Shown: positions 1-10,489, counted from the first letter of the whole stretch. The stretch: DNA of 63,041 nt, filler included, from Thermodesulfobacteriota bacterium (GCA_036381125.1; 6 parts of 6 records of this genome joined end to end with filler, not necessarily neighbours in it); one strand, 5' to 3'. Translations and numbers: made by a program. The notes: generated from the letters alone by a model not told the origin.

Positions 1-583
<583 letters not shown>

Positions 584-585
<2 letters not shown>

Positions 586-654
586 GACCCCAAGGAAAAC
601 GTTGAGGCCTGACCCCAAGGAAAACGTTGAGGCCTGACCCCGCGGGGGTCAGGC
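584..654. repeat. REP-like array: 2 x 25-bp CTGACCCCAAGGAAAACGTTGAGGC plus terminal palindrome GCCTGACCCC-gcg-GGGGTCAGGC
   Basis: Exact units at 584-608 and 609-633; hairpin at 632-654 overlaps the glnD stop codon. Confidence 0.9.
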
Positions 655-3369
655 GCCGGTGATGGCGCCCCGGAGCGCCGCCCGGATGTCCTCGAGCTTC
701 GAGGGGGAGCTGACCTTGTGGCCGAAGATGTCGGTCACGTAGAAGACGTCCTCGGCCCGGTCGCCTTTGGTCGTGATCTTGGCGAGGGCGATGGTGAGCC
801 CCGTGGCGGCGAGGGCGCTGGTGATCGAGTAGAGGAGGCCGATCCGGTCCTGCGCGTAGACGTCGATGACGGTATGGGTGTCCGAGGCCTCGTTGTCGAT
901 CTCGACGTGCGTCGCGACCTTGGGGCGGGGGCGGCCGCCGAGGACGGAGGGGCGCTGGCGCCGCGCCACGAGGTCGGCCACCCGGAGCCGGCCGGTGACG
1001 GCCGCCTCGAGGTCGGCGAGGACCCGCTCCCATCGCCGCGGGTCGTCGAGCGCGTCGGTGACCGGCGAGGCGAGGTGGAAGATGTCGAGGGCGTGGCCGT
1101 CGCGCCGGGTGTGGATCTGGGCGGAGAGGATGTTCACGTTGTGCCCGGCGAGGACTCCGGCGATCTTCGCGAAGAGCCCCGGCACGTCGAGCGTGCTGAC
1201 GACCAGCTCCCAGTGGCCCCGATCGGGCCGGTGCGTGAGGGAGGTGGCCAGCGGCCGGCCGTCCTGCCGGAGCGCCACGCGGGCGTGCGCCGCCACGTCC
1301 TCGGCGTCGTTGATCAGGAAGTAGCGGGGCGGCAGCGACTTGAAGAAGGCGTCTCGCGCCGCGTCGTCGACGTCGGCGCCGAGCTTTGCCGCGGCCTCGG
1401 CCCGCGTGGCCGCGGCCCGCTCCTCGGGCCTCGCGATGGTGGCCGTCCGCCCGTCGAGCACCGCCGCCGCCTTCTCGTACAGTTCCTGAAGGAGCGACCC
1501 CTTCCAGGGCGTCCACACCTCCGGTCCGACGGCGCGCATGTCGGCGAACGTCAGGAGGTAGAGCATGCGCAGCCGCTCGAGGCTGCCCATCGTCCGGGCG
1601 AAGCCGCGGATGAGCTTCTCGTCGTCGAGGTCGCGCTTCTGCGCGAGCTGGCTCATGGTCAGGTGGTGCAGGGCGAGGAACTCCAGCACCGCCACGTCCT
1701 CCGGCGGGTAGCCCATCCGGGTCCCGACGCGCACGGCGATGCGCGCGCCCCGCGGGACGTGTCCGTGGCCGTGCCCCTTGCCGATGTCGTGCAGGAAGAC
1801 GCCGAGGATCAGCAGGTCGGGACGCTGGATCTCGTCGGCGATGGCCGTGAGCTGGGGGAAGCGCTCCGTGTACTCCCCCTTCTGCAAGGTGCGGAGCTGG
1901 TCGACCGCCTTGAGCAGGTGCTCGTCGACCGTGTACACGTGGTAGACGTCGTGCTGCATCTTGCAGAGGAGCCGGCCGAACTCGGGCACGTAGGCGCCGA
2001 GCACGTGCAGGCGGTTCATCGCCCTGAGCGCGGTGCCGACGCCGCGCTTGAGCTCGAGGAGCCGCCGGAAGGACGCGTTCACCGCCGGGTCGCGGCGGAA
2101 GCGGGCGTCGATGCGGCCGAGCGACTGCCGCACGAGCCCCTCGAGGTACCCGGAGAGCGGCACGCTCAGGCGGGCCGCGTGCTCGAACGCCTCCATGACG
2201 GCCGCCGGCCGCTCCTCGAAGAGCGTCGGCGAGGTCACGGTCAGCTCGCCGTTGAAGACCTTGAAGCCGGGCGCGACCTCGCGCTGCGTGAGGTAGCCAA
2301 CGAGCGTCCGCGTGCGGCTCGGCCGCGCCCGGCAATGGGCGACGATCCGCTCGGCGAACTCCGTGATGGCGAGGGCGCGCAGGTAGTAGGCGCGCATGAA
2401 GCGCTCGACCGCGAGCGAGCGCTTCGTCCCGCGGATGCCGAGCGCCTCGGGCATCGCCTCCTGGTGGTCGAACGTCAGGCGGTCGTTCTTGCGCCCGCTG
2501 CGGTAGTGCAGCTCGCTGCGGACCCGCCAGAGGAAGTCGACCGACCGATCGACGACGGCGAACTCGCGCTCGGTCATGAGCCCCTTGATCTTCAGGTCCT
2601 TCAGCTCCTGGATCTTGTACTTCGCCTTGGCGATCCAGAGGGCGGTGTGGACGTCGCGCAGGCCGCCCTGCCCCTCCTTGACGTTCGGCTCGAGGATGTA
2701 GACCGACCCGCCGAACTTCTCATGGCGCTGCCGGAGCTCGCGCACCTTCTCGTCGATGAACTTCGCGACGTCCTTGTAGAGCACCTCCTTTCGGATGACC
2801 CGCTCGTACTCGTCGAACAGGGCGCGGTTGCCGGCCAGGAAGCGCGAGTCGAGGAAGGCGGTCCGCACGGTCAGGTCCTGCTGGGCCAGCTTGACGGCGT
2901 CGGTGATCCGCCGGACGGCGTTGCCCACCTCGAGGCCGAGGTCCCAGAGGGCGTAGAGGACCCGCTCGCTGACCGTCTGGACGTAGGGGGAGGCCTTCCA
3001 GGGGTAGAGGAACATCACGTCGACGTCCGAGGCCGGGTTCATCTCGCCGCGACCGTAGCCGCCCACGGCGACGACCGAGATGCGCTCGGCGACGTGCAGG
3101 TGCTGCCGGAAGAACTCCGCCTCGGCCAGGTCGAGCAGGCGCCCGATGAGGGCGTCGATCAGCGCCGCCCGCATCTCGACCACCTGCCGGCCGCTCGCGC
3201 CCGCCCGGTGGCAGGCGCGGATCGTCGCCTGTCCGTCCTTGAGGTAGGTCTTGAACGCCGCCAGGTCCCAGACCTCGGGCGGGTCGGGGAGCGCCGACGC
3301 CCGGAGCCAGGCCCCGCCGTCGGCGGCGGCCCGGGGCGTCGGCGACTCCATGAGGTCCGTGGGACCCAT
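649..3369 (-). CDS. glnD: [protein-PII] uridylyltransferase
   Basis: NTase motif AVGGYGRGEMNPASDVD, NVKEGQGGLRD, HD domain (HVYTVDEH, LHDIGKG) and two C-terminal ACT domains. Confidence 0.95.
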   Translation of the reverse strand: MGPTDLMESPTPRAAADGGAWLRASALPDPPEVWDLAAFKTYLKDGQATIRACHRAGASGRQVVEMRAALIDALIGRLLDLAEAEFFRQHLHVAERISVVAVGGYGRGEMNPASDVDVMFLYPWKASPYVQTVSERVLYALWDLGLEVGNAVRRITDAVKLAQQDLTVRTAFLDSRFLAGNRALFDEYERVIRKEVLYKDVAKFIDEKVRELRQRHEKFGGSVYILEPNVKEGQGGLRDVHTALWIAKAKYKIQELKDLKIKGLMTEREFAVVDRSVDFLWRVRSELHYRSGRKNDRLTFDHQEAMPEALGIRGTKRSLAVERFMRAYYLRALAITEFAERIVAHCRARPSRTRTLVGYLTQREVAPGFKVFNGELTVTSPTLFEERPAAVMEAFEHAARLSVPLSGYLEGLVRQSLGRIDARFRRDPAVNASFRRLLELKRGVGTALRAMNRLHVLGAYVPEFGRLLCKMQHDVYHVYTVDEHLLKAVDQLRTLQKGEYTERFPQLTAIADEIQRPDLLILGVFLHDIGKGHGHGHVPRGARIAVRVGTRMGYPPEDVAVLEFLALHHLTMSQLAQKRDLDDEKLIRGFARTMGSLERLRMLYLLTFADMRAVGPEVWTPWKGSLLQELYEKAAAVLDGRTATIARPEERAAATRAEAAAKLGADVDDAARDAFFKSLPPRYFLINDAEDVAAHARVALRQDGRPLATSLTHRPDRGHWELVVSTLDVPGLFAKIAGVLAGHNVNILSAQIHTRRDGHALDIFHLASPVTDALDDPRRWERVLADLEAAVTGRLRVADLVARRQRPSVLGGRPRPKVATHVEIDNEASDTHTVIDVYAQDRIGLLYSITSALAATGLTIALAKITTKGDRAEDVFYVTDIFGHKVSSPSKLEDIRAALRGAITGA

Positions 3370-3372
3370 GCC

Positions 3373-5967
3373 CTAGGATGCCCGGTCCCGACCGAAGAGC
3401 GCAAGCTGGGGCGCGGGGGCCTGCCGCCTCGCGCCGCGCCGGGCGAACCTCGGCTGGCCGCTCTCGGTGAACTCGTCCCCCTCGAGGTTGGCCAGCACCT
3501 CCTGGGCCCTCGCCAGGACCGGCTCCGGGACCCCGGCAAGCCGCGCGACCTGGATCCCGTACGAGCGCGAGGCCGCGCCCGGGACGATCTTGCGCAGGAA
3601 GACGATGCGCCCGTCGCTCTCGGTCACCGCCACCGTGAGGTTGACGACGCGCGGCTTGGTCCTGGCGAGATCGGTGAGCTCGTGGTAGTGGGTCGCGAAG
3701 AGCGTCTTGCAGCCGAGGCCCGGGTCGTCGTGCAGGTGCTCGGCCACCGCCCAGGCGAGCGAGAGCCCGTCGTACGTGGAGGTCCCGCGCCCCAGCTCGT
3801 CGAGGATGACGAGGCTGCGCGGCGTGGCCGAGCGGAGGATCGCCGCGGTCTCGCTCATCTCCACCATGAACGTGCTCCGGCCGCGCGACAGGTCGTCGGC
3901 CGCCCCGATGCGCGAGAAGATCCGGTCGACGAGGCCGATCCGCGCCGACCGGGCCGGGACGAAGGCGCCGACCTGGGCCATGAGGACGATCAACGCCACC
4001 TGGCGCAGGTAGGTGGACTTGCCGGCCATGTTCGGCCCGGTGACGACCAGGATCTGGTTGGCCGACGTGTCGAGCCGGACGTCGTTGGGGACGAATCGCT
4101 CGCCGAGCGGCATCCGCTCGATGACCGGGTGGCGCCCCTCCTCGATGACGATCTCGGTCCCCTCGGTCAGCTCCGGCCGCACGTAGTCGTAGCGGGCCGC
4201 CGCCTCGGCGAACGCGGCGGCGGCGTCGAGCTCGGCGACGACGTCGGCCGCGGCCGCGATCCGCCTCGCCTCGGCCGCCACGGCGTCGCGAAGCTCCGTG
4301 AAGAGCTCGTACTCGAGGTCGAGGATGCGCGCCTCGGCCGACAGGACCTTCTCCTCGTAGGCCTTGAGCTCCGGCGTGACGAACCGCTCGGCCTGCGTGA
4401 GCGTCTGGCGCCGTTCGTAGTCGTCCGGCACGAGGTGGAGGTTCGGCCGCGTCACCTCGATGTAGTAGCCGAACACCCGGTTGTAGCCGACCTTGAGGGA
4501 GGCGATGCCGGTCCGCTGCCGCTCGCGCGCCTCGAGCTTCGCGATGAAGCCGGTCCCCTCCTCGCGCAGCGACCGCAGCTCGTCGAGCTCGGCGTGGACC
4601 CCCGGGCGGATCATCCCGCCCTCCTTGAGCCCGGCCGGCGGGTCCTCGACGAGGGTCGCGGCGAGCCGCGCGGCGACGTCGTCGAGCGGGTCGAGCCGCG
4701 CGGCCAGCTCGGGCGCGATCGCCGAGGCCGCGTCGGCCACGGCCGGCAGCGCGGCCAGGCTGCGGCCGAGGGCCGCGAGGTCGCGGGCGTTGGCCTGCCT
4801 GAGCGCCGCCTTGGCCGTGAGGCGCTCGACGTCGGCCACCCGGTCGAGCGCGCTCCTGAGCCTCGCCCGCGCCGGGCCGGCGGCGACGGCCGCGGCCACG
4901 AGCGCCTGCCGCGGCGCCAGGTCGGCGAGCCGCGTGAGCGGGTAGGTGAGCCAGCGGCGGATGCGGCGGCCGCCCATGGCGGTGACCGAGAGGTCGAGAA
5001 GCGCCAGGAGCGATCCGGCGCCTCGTCCCCGGCCTCCCTGATCGCCGCCCGACGCGGGCGCGAGCACCTCGAGGCTGCGGCGCGTGGCCTCGTCGAGCGC
5101 CATGGTGCCGCCGGGCGCGTAGGGCCGCGGCGCGCCGATGTGCCGGGGCGCGACGCGCTGGGTCTCCTCCACGTAGGCGAGGAGCGCGCCGCAGGCGCCG
5201 GTCGCGAGCGGCCGGCCGCCGAGACCGAGCCCCTCGACTCCCGAGACCCCGAGGAGCGCCTCGAGCCTGGCGACCGCGCCCGGGACCGCGAAGCTCTCGG
5301 CCGCGCGCGGCTCGATCCGCCAGCGCCCCTCGGCCGCCCCCTGCGCGACCTCGTCGGGCAGTCCCGACGCGGCCAGCGGCGCCGGCACCAGGATCTCGCG
5401 GGGGGCGAGCCGCGACAGCTCGTCGGCCAGGTCGCGGCCGGCCGCGACCTCGCACGCCACGAACTCGCCGGTCGACGCGTCGAGCGCCGCGAGGCCGACC
5501 GCCGCCGCCCCGCCGTCCGCGAGCGGCCCGGCGACCCGGCGCGCGTCGTGGCCCGGCCGCGGGCTCTGCAGGCAGAGCGCCACCAGGTAGTTGTTGGCGC
5601 GCGCGTCGAGGTTGGCCGGGTCGGTGACGACGCCCGGGGTGACGATGCGCGTGATGGCGCGATCGACCAGGCCGGCGGCCTCCGCGGGGTCCTGGACCTG
5701 CTCGCAGACCGCCACCTTGAAGCCGCGCTCGACGAGCCGGGCGATGTAGCCGTCGGCGGCCCGCACCGGCACGCCGCACATCGGCACCGGCTCCTCGGCC
5801 GACTTGTTGCGGGCCGTGAGAGTGAGGTCGAGGGCGCGCGCCACCGTCACCGCGTCCTCGAAGAAGCACTCGTAGAAGTCGCCGAGGTGGAAGAGGAGCA
5901 GCGCGTCGCCCGCCTGGGCCTTCATCGCGCGGTACTGGCGGAGCATCGGGGTGAGCGGCGGCGCCAT
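3373..5967 (-). CDS. mutS: DNA mismatch repair protein MutS
   Basis: TPMLRQY, GDFYECF, Walker A TGPNMAGKSTYLRQ, STFMVEM and DELGRGTST. Confidence 0.97.
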   Translation of the reverse strand: MAPPLTPMLRQYRAMKAQAGDALLLFHLGDFYECFFEDAVTVARALDLTLTARNKSAEEPVPMCGVPVRAADGYIARLVERGFKVAVCEQVQDPAEAAGLVDRAITRIVTPGVVTDPANLDARANNYLVALCLQSPRPGHDARRVAGPLADGGAAAVGLAALDASTGEFVACEVAAGRDLADELSRLAPREILVPAPLAASGLPDEVAQGAAEGRWRIEPRAAESFAVPGAVARLEALLGVSGVEGLGLGGRPLATGACGALLAYVEETQRVAPRHIGAPRPYAPGGTMALDEATRRSLEVLAPASGGDQGGRGRGAGSLLALLDLSVTAMGGRRIRRWLTYPLTRLADLAPRQALVAAAVAAGPARARLRSALDRVADVERLTAKAALRQANARDLAALGRSLAALPAVADAASAIAPELAARLDPLDDVAARLAATLVEDPPAGLKEGGMIRPGVHAELDELRSLREEGTGFIAKLEARERQRTGIASLKVGYNRVFGYYIEVTRPNLHLVPDDYERRQTLTQAERFVTPELKAYEEKVLSAEARILDLEYELFTELRDAVAAEARRIAAAADVVAELDAAAAFAEAAARYDYVRPELTEGTEIVIEEGRHPVIERMPLGERFVPNDVRLDTSANQILVVTGPNMAGKSTYLRQVALIVLMAQVGAFVPARSARIGLVDRIFSRIGAADDLSRGRSTFMVEMSETAAILRSATPRSLVILDELGRGTSTYDGLSLAWAVAEHLHDDPGLGCKTLFATHYHELTDLARTKPRVVNLTVAVTESDGRIVFLRKIVPGAASRSYGIQVARLAGVPEPVLARAQEVLANLEGDEFTESGQPRFARRGARRQAPAPQLALFGRDRAS

Positions 5968-5972
5968 GTGCC

Positions 5973-6380
5973 CTACTCGTACGTCCCCGACCCCCGGCCC
6001 GGACGGGACACCGCCGTCGACTCGGGGTCCTCCTCCTCGACGATCTCGATCCGGTCGCGCAGCTCCGGCTCGACGGCGACCGGGCGGGCGCGCAGCGCCT
6101 CGAGCTCGCGCTCGGCCGCGAGGGCGCGCTCGGTCGCCTCATCCGCCCGGCGGTGCTCCCTGGCGAGCTGCCGGCGCGCGCGCGCGTAGTCGACGAGGAG
6201 GCTGCCGCCGCCGAGGACGACGCCGATCGCCAGCGCGATGAGGAGGAACACCCAGACCGGCAGCGTCTGGGTCTGCCAGACGATGAACCTGAGCGAGGTC
6301 TGGTCGTTGTTCTGGACGGCCAGCGCCCCGGCGAGGACCGCCACCGCCACGATGAGAAGCGTGCGGAAGATCCCGCTCAT
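5973..6380 (-). CDS. LapA/DUF1049-like membrane protein
   Basis: MSGIFRTLLIVAVAVLAGALAVQN followed by a second TM segment and a coiled coil; ATG overlaps the HIT stop; near ihfB as lapA usually is. Confidence 0.7.
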   Translation of the reverse strand: MSGIFRTLLIVAVAVLAGALAVQNNDQTSLRFIVWQTQTLPVWVFLLIALAIGVVLGGGSLLVDYARARRQLAREHRRADEATERALAAERELEALRARPVAVEPELRDRIEIVEEEDPESTAVSRPGRGSGTYE

Positions 6381-6901
6381 CGCCCGACCTCCCCGGGGCC
6401 CGGCATCCCGCGGCCGAGCGCCTCGGCGAAGCGCGGCGCGAGCTTCGCCTGGGTGGCCAGCAGGTGCTCGGGCAGGACCTTCACGTCGCCGAGCACCGGC
6501 ATGAAGTTGGTGTCGCCGATCCAGCGCGGGACGACGTGCATGTGGAGGTGGTGCTCCACGCCGGCGCCGGCGGCGCGGCCGAGGTTCATGCCGACGTTGA
6601 ACCCGTGGGGCGCCATGGCGTCGGCGAGCACCCGCGTGGAGGCGGCGACCAGGCGCATGATCTCCAGGGCCGCCTCGGGGGGGAGGGCCGACGGGTCGGC
6701 CGTGTGTGCGCGGGGCGCGATCATGACGTGGCCGCTCGCGTAGGGGTACCGGTTCAGCATGACCAGGGCGAGCGGCCCGCGCCAGAGGACCAGCCGCGCC
6801 CGGTCGTCGCCCGGCTCGTAGGCGCGGCAGAAGAGACAGCCCGACTCGTCGTTTCCGCCCCCGACGTACTCCATCCGCCACGGGGCCCAGAGGTGCTGCA
6901 T
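6377..6901 (-). CDS. HIT-family (Ap4A phosphorylase-like) protein
   Basis: LWAPWRMEY, CLFC, LNRYPYASGH and HLHMHVVPRW. Confidence 0.92.
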   Translation of the reverse strand: MQHLWAPWRMEYVGGGNDESGCLFCRAYEPGDDRARLVLWRGPLALVMLNRYPYASGHVMIAPRAHTADPSALPPEAALEIMRLVAASTRVLADAMAPHGFNVGMNLGRAAGAGVEHHLHMHVVPRWIGDTNFMPVLGDVKVLPEHLLATQAKLAPRFAEALGRGMPGPGEVGR

Positions 6902-6905
6902 GGGG

Positions 6906-7415
6906 TCAGGCCGCGTCGAGGCCGCGGGCGAGCCGCGAGAGGCCGCCGATGATCTCGTTCATCTTGCGCGCCTCCTTGACGATCTGCTCGGCCGCCTCGA
7001 GGCGCACCGATTCGGCGTCGGCCCGCTTGAGGATGGCCGCGTAGCCCAGAATGACGGTGAGCGGCTGGTTGAGGTCGTGCATCGCCCGCCGTGTGGCCGC
7101 GACCAGGTCGCGCGCCTCGCGGGTCGAGGTCCACGGCGGGGTCGGCCTGGCCGGAGCCGGCGGCCTTGCCGCCTCGAGCGCCCCGGCGAGGCCTCGCGCC
7201 AGGCCTTCGGTCACCTCGGAGGGGAGCCCATCGGCCCGGCCGTCGAGGGCGAGTTCGCGCGCCGCGTCGGCCGCGGCCAAGCGACCCGCGAGCGCCTCGC
7301 CCACCCGGCGGCCGATGGCCCGCGCGGTCTCCTCGGCGGTGCGTGCGTCGAGCGACTGCGTGGCGGCCCGTAACGACTCGAGCGCCACGCGGCGCATGAG
7401 GTCGGCGTCAGCCAC
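6906..7415 (-). CDS. Stand-alone HisKA (DHp) domain protein
   Basis: C-terminal H-box AMHDLNQPLTVILGYA with no HATPase; AAGGAGG SD upstream of GTG at 7415. Confidence 0.6.
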   Translation of the reverse strand: MADADLMRRVALESLRAATQSLDARTAEETARAIGRRVGEALAGRLAAADAARELALDGRADGLPSEVTEGLARGLAGALEAARPPAPARPTPPWTSTREARDLVAATRRAMHDLNQPLTVILGYAAILKRADAESVRLEAAEQIVKEARKMNEIIGGLSRLARGLDAA

Positions 7416-7653
7416 CCCTCGGCACCTCCTTCCTGGATCGCCCTCCCGCGTGCCGGGTGTCCGGACCGCGGAACCGGTCCGTCGGGTCGCCCCGGTCTCG
7501 CCGCGAGGCGACGTTCCGGGGGGACGCTGCCGACGACGGACGTCTTCAGTGTAGGCACCTGCCCTCCCCCCCGGCAAGGGGAAGCGGCCGTGTGCGCCGT
7601 TCGCGAGGATGCTGCCGGGCGACGGACCCGGGGACAGTGCGGAGGTGGGGCGG

Positions 7654-7932
7654 TCAGGAGTCGATCCGGTCCTTCAGCTCCTTGCCGACCTTGAAGAACG
7701 GCGTCCGCTTGGCCGGGATCTTGACCTCCTGACCGGTGCGCGGGTTGCGCCCCTCGCGCGCCTCGCGCTGCTTCACCTTGAAGGAGCCGAAACCGCGGAT
7801 CTCGATCTTGTCGCCCCGCATGAGCGCCTCGGTCATCGAATCGAAGATGAGGTTCACGACGGTTTCGGAGTCTTTCATGCTCATGCCCGGCGTCCGCTCC
7901 GACACCCGGGCGACCAGGTCGCTCTTCGTCAT
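7654..7932 (-). CDS. ihfB: Integration host factor subunit beta
   Basis: MTKSDL, IEIRGFGSF and GRNPRTG; downstream of rpsA-sppA. Confidence 0.9.
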   Translation of the reverse strand: MTKSDLVARVSERTPGMSMKDSETVVNLIFDSMTEALMRGDKIEIRGFGSFKVKQREAREGRNPRTGQEVKIPAKRTPFFKVGKELKDRIDS

Positions 7933-7975
7933 CGTTCTCGTGGTTCCTTCGTCGTGTGCCCTCGCCCCGGACGCA

Positions 7976-8890
7976 TCACGGGGCGAGCAGGTACTGGACC
8001 CGCAGCGAGGGTCCGAAGATGGCGTCGGCCGCGAGGCCCGTGCCGAGCCGCTCGCGCAGGGTCGTGAAGGCGCGGCCGGTGAGCAGGTCGATCAGGGACA
8101 CGCGCGGCTCTTCCGGGAAGATCACGTCGGGCTCCCCGGGGATGTTCGCGAGGACCGCCGCCTCGTGGATGGCCGTCCAGAGGTTCCCCTCGGCGTCGAC
8201 CAGGCCGAGCTGCCTGGCCTGGCGGCCCGAGAAGACGCGCCCGTCCGCGAACTTCCGCACCTCCGCCTCGGGCAGGCCGCGCTCGATGACGATGGCCCGC
8301 ACGAACTGCTCGTAGACGTCGTCGATCACCGCCTGCAGGATCCGGCGGTCCTCGTCGCTCATGGGCCGCGCCGGCGACCCGATGTCCTTGAAGGGGCCGC
8401 TCTTCACCACGACCGCCCGGACGCCGACCTTCTCGCCGAGCCCCTCGAGGTTGAGGAACTGCACGATCACCCCGATGGAGCCGGTGATCGTGCCCGGGTT
8501 GGCGACGACGCGGTCGGCCGCCATCGCGACGTAGAGCCCGCCGGAGGCGGCCATCGCGCCCATCGAGGCGACGACCTTCTTCTGCTCCTTCTGGCGGAGC
8601 CGCTTGATCTCCTCGAAGATCTCCTGCGCCGGGCCGACGCCGCCCCCCGGCGAGTCGATGCGCAGGACGATGGCCTTCACGGCCGGGTTCGCGCCGTGCC
8701 GCCGCAGGGCGCGCACGACCCTCGTCGAGTCGACGATGACCCCGGTGAGGTCGACCACCGCGACCTTGCCGCCGCGAGCGAGCCCGCGGCCGCCGCCGGA
8801 GACGGCGGCCACGACGACCAGGAACGCGACGACGAGGCCGCCGATGATCAGCGCGCCCGTCAGCAGCGGCCGCGTACGCCAGGACGCCAC
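7976..8890 (-). CDS. sppA: Signal peptide peptidase SppA (S49)
   Basis: LRIDSPGG, AASGGLYVA, TITGSIGV and DGRVFSG. Confidence 0.92.
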   Translation of the reverse strand: MASWRTRPLLTGALIIGGLVVAFLVVVAAVSGGGRGLARGGKVAVVDLTGVIVDSTRVVRALRRHGANPAVKAIVLRIDSPGGGVGPAQEIFEEIKRLRQKEQKKVVASMGAMAASGGLYVAMAADRVVANPGTITGSIGVIVQFLNLEGLGEKVGVRAVVVKSGPFKDIGSPARPMSDEDRRILQAVIDDVYEQFVRAIVIERGLPEAEVRKFADGRVFSGRQARQLGLVDAEGNLWTAIHEAAVLANIPGEPDVIFPEEPRVSLIDLLTGRAFTTLRERLGTGLAADAIFGPSLRVQYLLAP

Positions 8891-8909
8891 AGGCGGCCCC
8901 CCCGACGGC

Positions 8910-9320
8910 CTACTCGTCCTCTCCGCGCTTGCCCTTGCCGCGCCTCGGCAACTGGGCGCTGATCACGTCGCCGAGGTTCACGGCCGCGTTCCCCTGCGAC
9001 CGCAGGTACTCCTGGTAGTCGGCCCGCTCCTCCGAGGCGCCGAGCTGGCGCATGGAGAGGCCGATCTTGCGCTCCCGGCGGTCGACGTTGATCACCTCGG
9101 CCGAGAGCGTGTCGCCCACCTTGGCGTACCGGTTCGGGTCGTCCACCTTCTCGCGCGCGATCTCCGAGACGTGGATGAGCCCCTCGATCCCCGGCTCGAT
9201 CTCGAGGAAGATGCCGAAGTCGGTCACCGACGTGACCTTGCCGGTCACGCGGGTGCCCGGCCTGTACTTGCGCGGGATCTCCTCCCACGGGTCGCGCTCG
9301 AGCTGCTTGATGCCGAGGGA
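8910..9320 (-). CDS. rpsA: 30S ribosomal protein S1, C-terminal part (partial)
   Basis: S1 repeat GKVTSVTDFGIFLEIEPGIEGLIHVSEI and tail NLGD; truncated by the linker. Confidence 0.9.
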   Translation of the reverse strand, partial: SLGIKQLERDPWEEIPRKYRPGTRVTGKVTSVTDFGIFLEIEPGIEGLIHVSEIAREKVDDPNRYAKVGDTLSAEVINVDRRERKIGLSMRQLGASEERADYQEYLRSQGNAAVNLGDVISAQLPRRGKGKRGEDE

Positions 9321-9420
9321 NNNNNNNNNNNNNNNNNNNNNNNNNNNNNNNNNNNNNNNNNNNNTTAATTAATTAANNNNNNNNNNNNNNNNNNNNNNNN
9401 NNNNNNNNNNNNNNNNNNNN

Positions 9421-9532
9421 CGATCAGCACGCAGATCTCCCCCGCGGGCACATCGAGCGAGACGTCGTCGACCGCCCGGATGGTCTGGCCTCCCGAGGCG
9501 AAGACCTTGGAGACGTGCTCGAGGCGGATCAC
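9421..9532 (-). CDS. ABC transporter ATP-binding protein, N-terminus (osmoprotectant OpuCA/OsmV-like; partial)
   Basis: Hand translation MIRLEHVSKVFASGGQTIRAVDDVSLDVPAGEICVLI; GTG overlaps the RpiR stop (GTGA). Confidence 0.75.
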
Positions 9533-10482
9533 GGCCTCTGCTCGGGCGCCCGCTCGGCGCCGTCGGGTTCGTCCTCCCAGGCGAGGAGGTTCCCCCGGTA
9601 GGGCGTCGGCCGGGTGCCGCTGCGCACGTAGGTGCCGATCTCGGCCGCGACGTCCTCGAGCGCCTGCAGGCGCTCCAGGGCGCGGTCGCCGAGCCGGACG
9701 CCGAGCTCCGAGACGACGCAGTTGATGAGCGCGGCCGGCGCGGCCAGGGAACCGACGAAGTCGAGCATGCTCGCCCTCGCGAAGAGCGCGACCTCCGCGA
9801 GCGGCAGGATGGGCGACAGCGGGCTGTCGGTGATGGCGAGGATGCGCACGCCGAGCCTGCGCGCGTAGCGGACGAGCGCGACGAGGTCGCTCGGGTACCG
9901 CGCGAAGGCGATCGCGACGAGCGTGTCCGTCCTGTCCATCAGCCGGACGCGGTCGTAGAGGGACGAGTCGGCCCGCGTGAAGGACTCGACGTTCGCCTTG
10001 ATCTTCCCCAGGGAGTAGCCGAAGTAGATCGTGAGCGGGCTCACGTAGCGGAAGCCGACGATCGTGACCCGCTCGGACGCGCGGAGCGCCTCCACGAAGC
10101 GCTCGAGCTGGGTCTCGGAGAACGAGCGGGCGAGGGCGCGCAGGCTCTCGAAGTCCGCGTCGATGATCCGCCTGAGGAGGGCCGCGGGGGACCGGTTGGC
10201 CGCCGGCAGCGTCTTGAGCCGCTCGACGCCGGTCAGGTCGAAGTTGAGCTGATCCTGGATGCTCTCCCGGAAGGCGTCGAAGCTCGTGTAGCCGAGGAGC
10301 ACCGGGAAGCGGACGACCGTTGCCAGGCTCACGCCGGCTGCCGCGGCGAGTTCCCGCGTGCTCATGAAGGCCGCCTTCACGTAGTTCTCGCTCACGTAGG
10401 CCGCCAGTTGCGCCATCCGCGGGGAGAGCGACGGCTGCACCGCCGCCAGCCTGGCCAGGAAGTTGTCGTCGGGATGAATCAT
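9529..10482 (-). CDS. MurR/RpiR-family transcriptional regulator
   Basis: HTH STRELAAAAGVSLATVVRF plus SIS domain (ILAITDSPLSP). Confidence 0.92.
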   Translation of the reverse strand: MIHPDDNFLARLAAVQPSLSPRMAQLAAYVSENYVKAAFMSTRELAAAAGVSLATVVRFPVLLGYTSFDAFRESIQDQLNFDLTGVERLKTLPAANRSPAALLRRIIDADFESLRALARSFSETQLERFVEALRASERVTIVGFRYVSPLTIYFGYSLGKIKANVESFTRADSSLYDRVRLMDRTDTLVAIAFARYPSDLVALVRYARRLGVRILAITDSPLSPILPLAEVALFARASMLDFVGSLAAPAALINCVVSELGVRLGDRALERLQALEDVAAEIGTYVRSGTRPTPYRGNLLAWEDEPDGAERAPEQRP

Positions 10483-10489
10483 TTGATTC
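10476..10489. promoter_or_regulatory. Candidate RpiR operator 1, GAATC-ATTT-GATTC
   Basis: Inverted repeat overlapping the RpiR start codon; near-identical to the site at 10630. Confidence 0.6.

Noticed and set aside
718-6189. 1823-aa plus-strand ORF
   Set aside because: It is the antisense shadow of glnD and mutS in high-GC DNA and has no protein motifs.
6902-6912. GGGGTCAGGCC match to the REP-like repeat at the HisKA stop
   Set aside because: Only 11 bp with no partner arm, which is plausible by chance in GC-rich DNA.
9321-9420. N-run/TTAATTAATTAA blocks (also 14658-14757, 22092-22191, 50642-50741 and 60614-60713)
   Set aside because: These are identical artificial contig linkers with stops in all six frames. 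Adjacency across them has no biological meaning.
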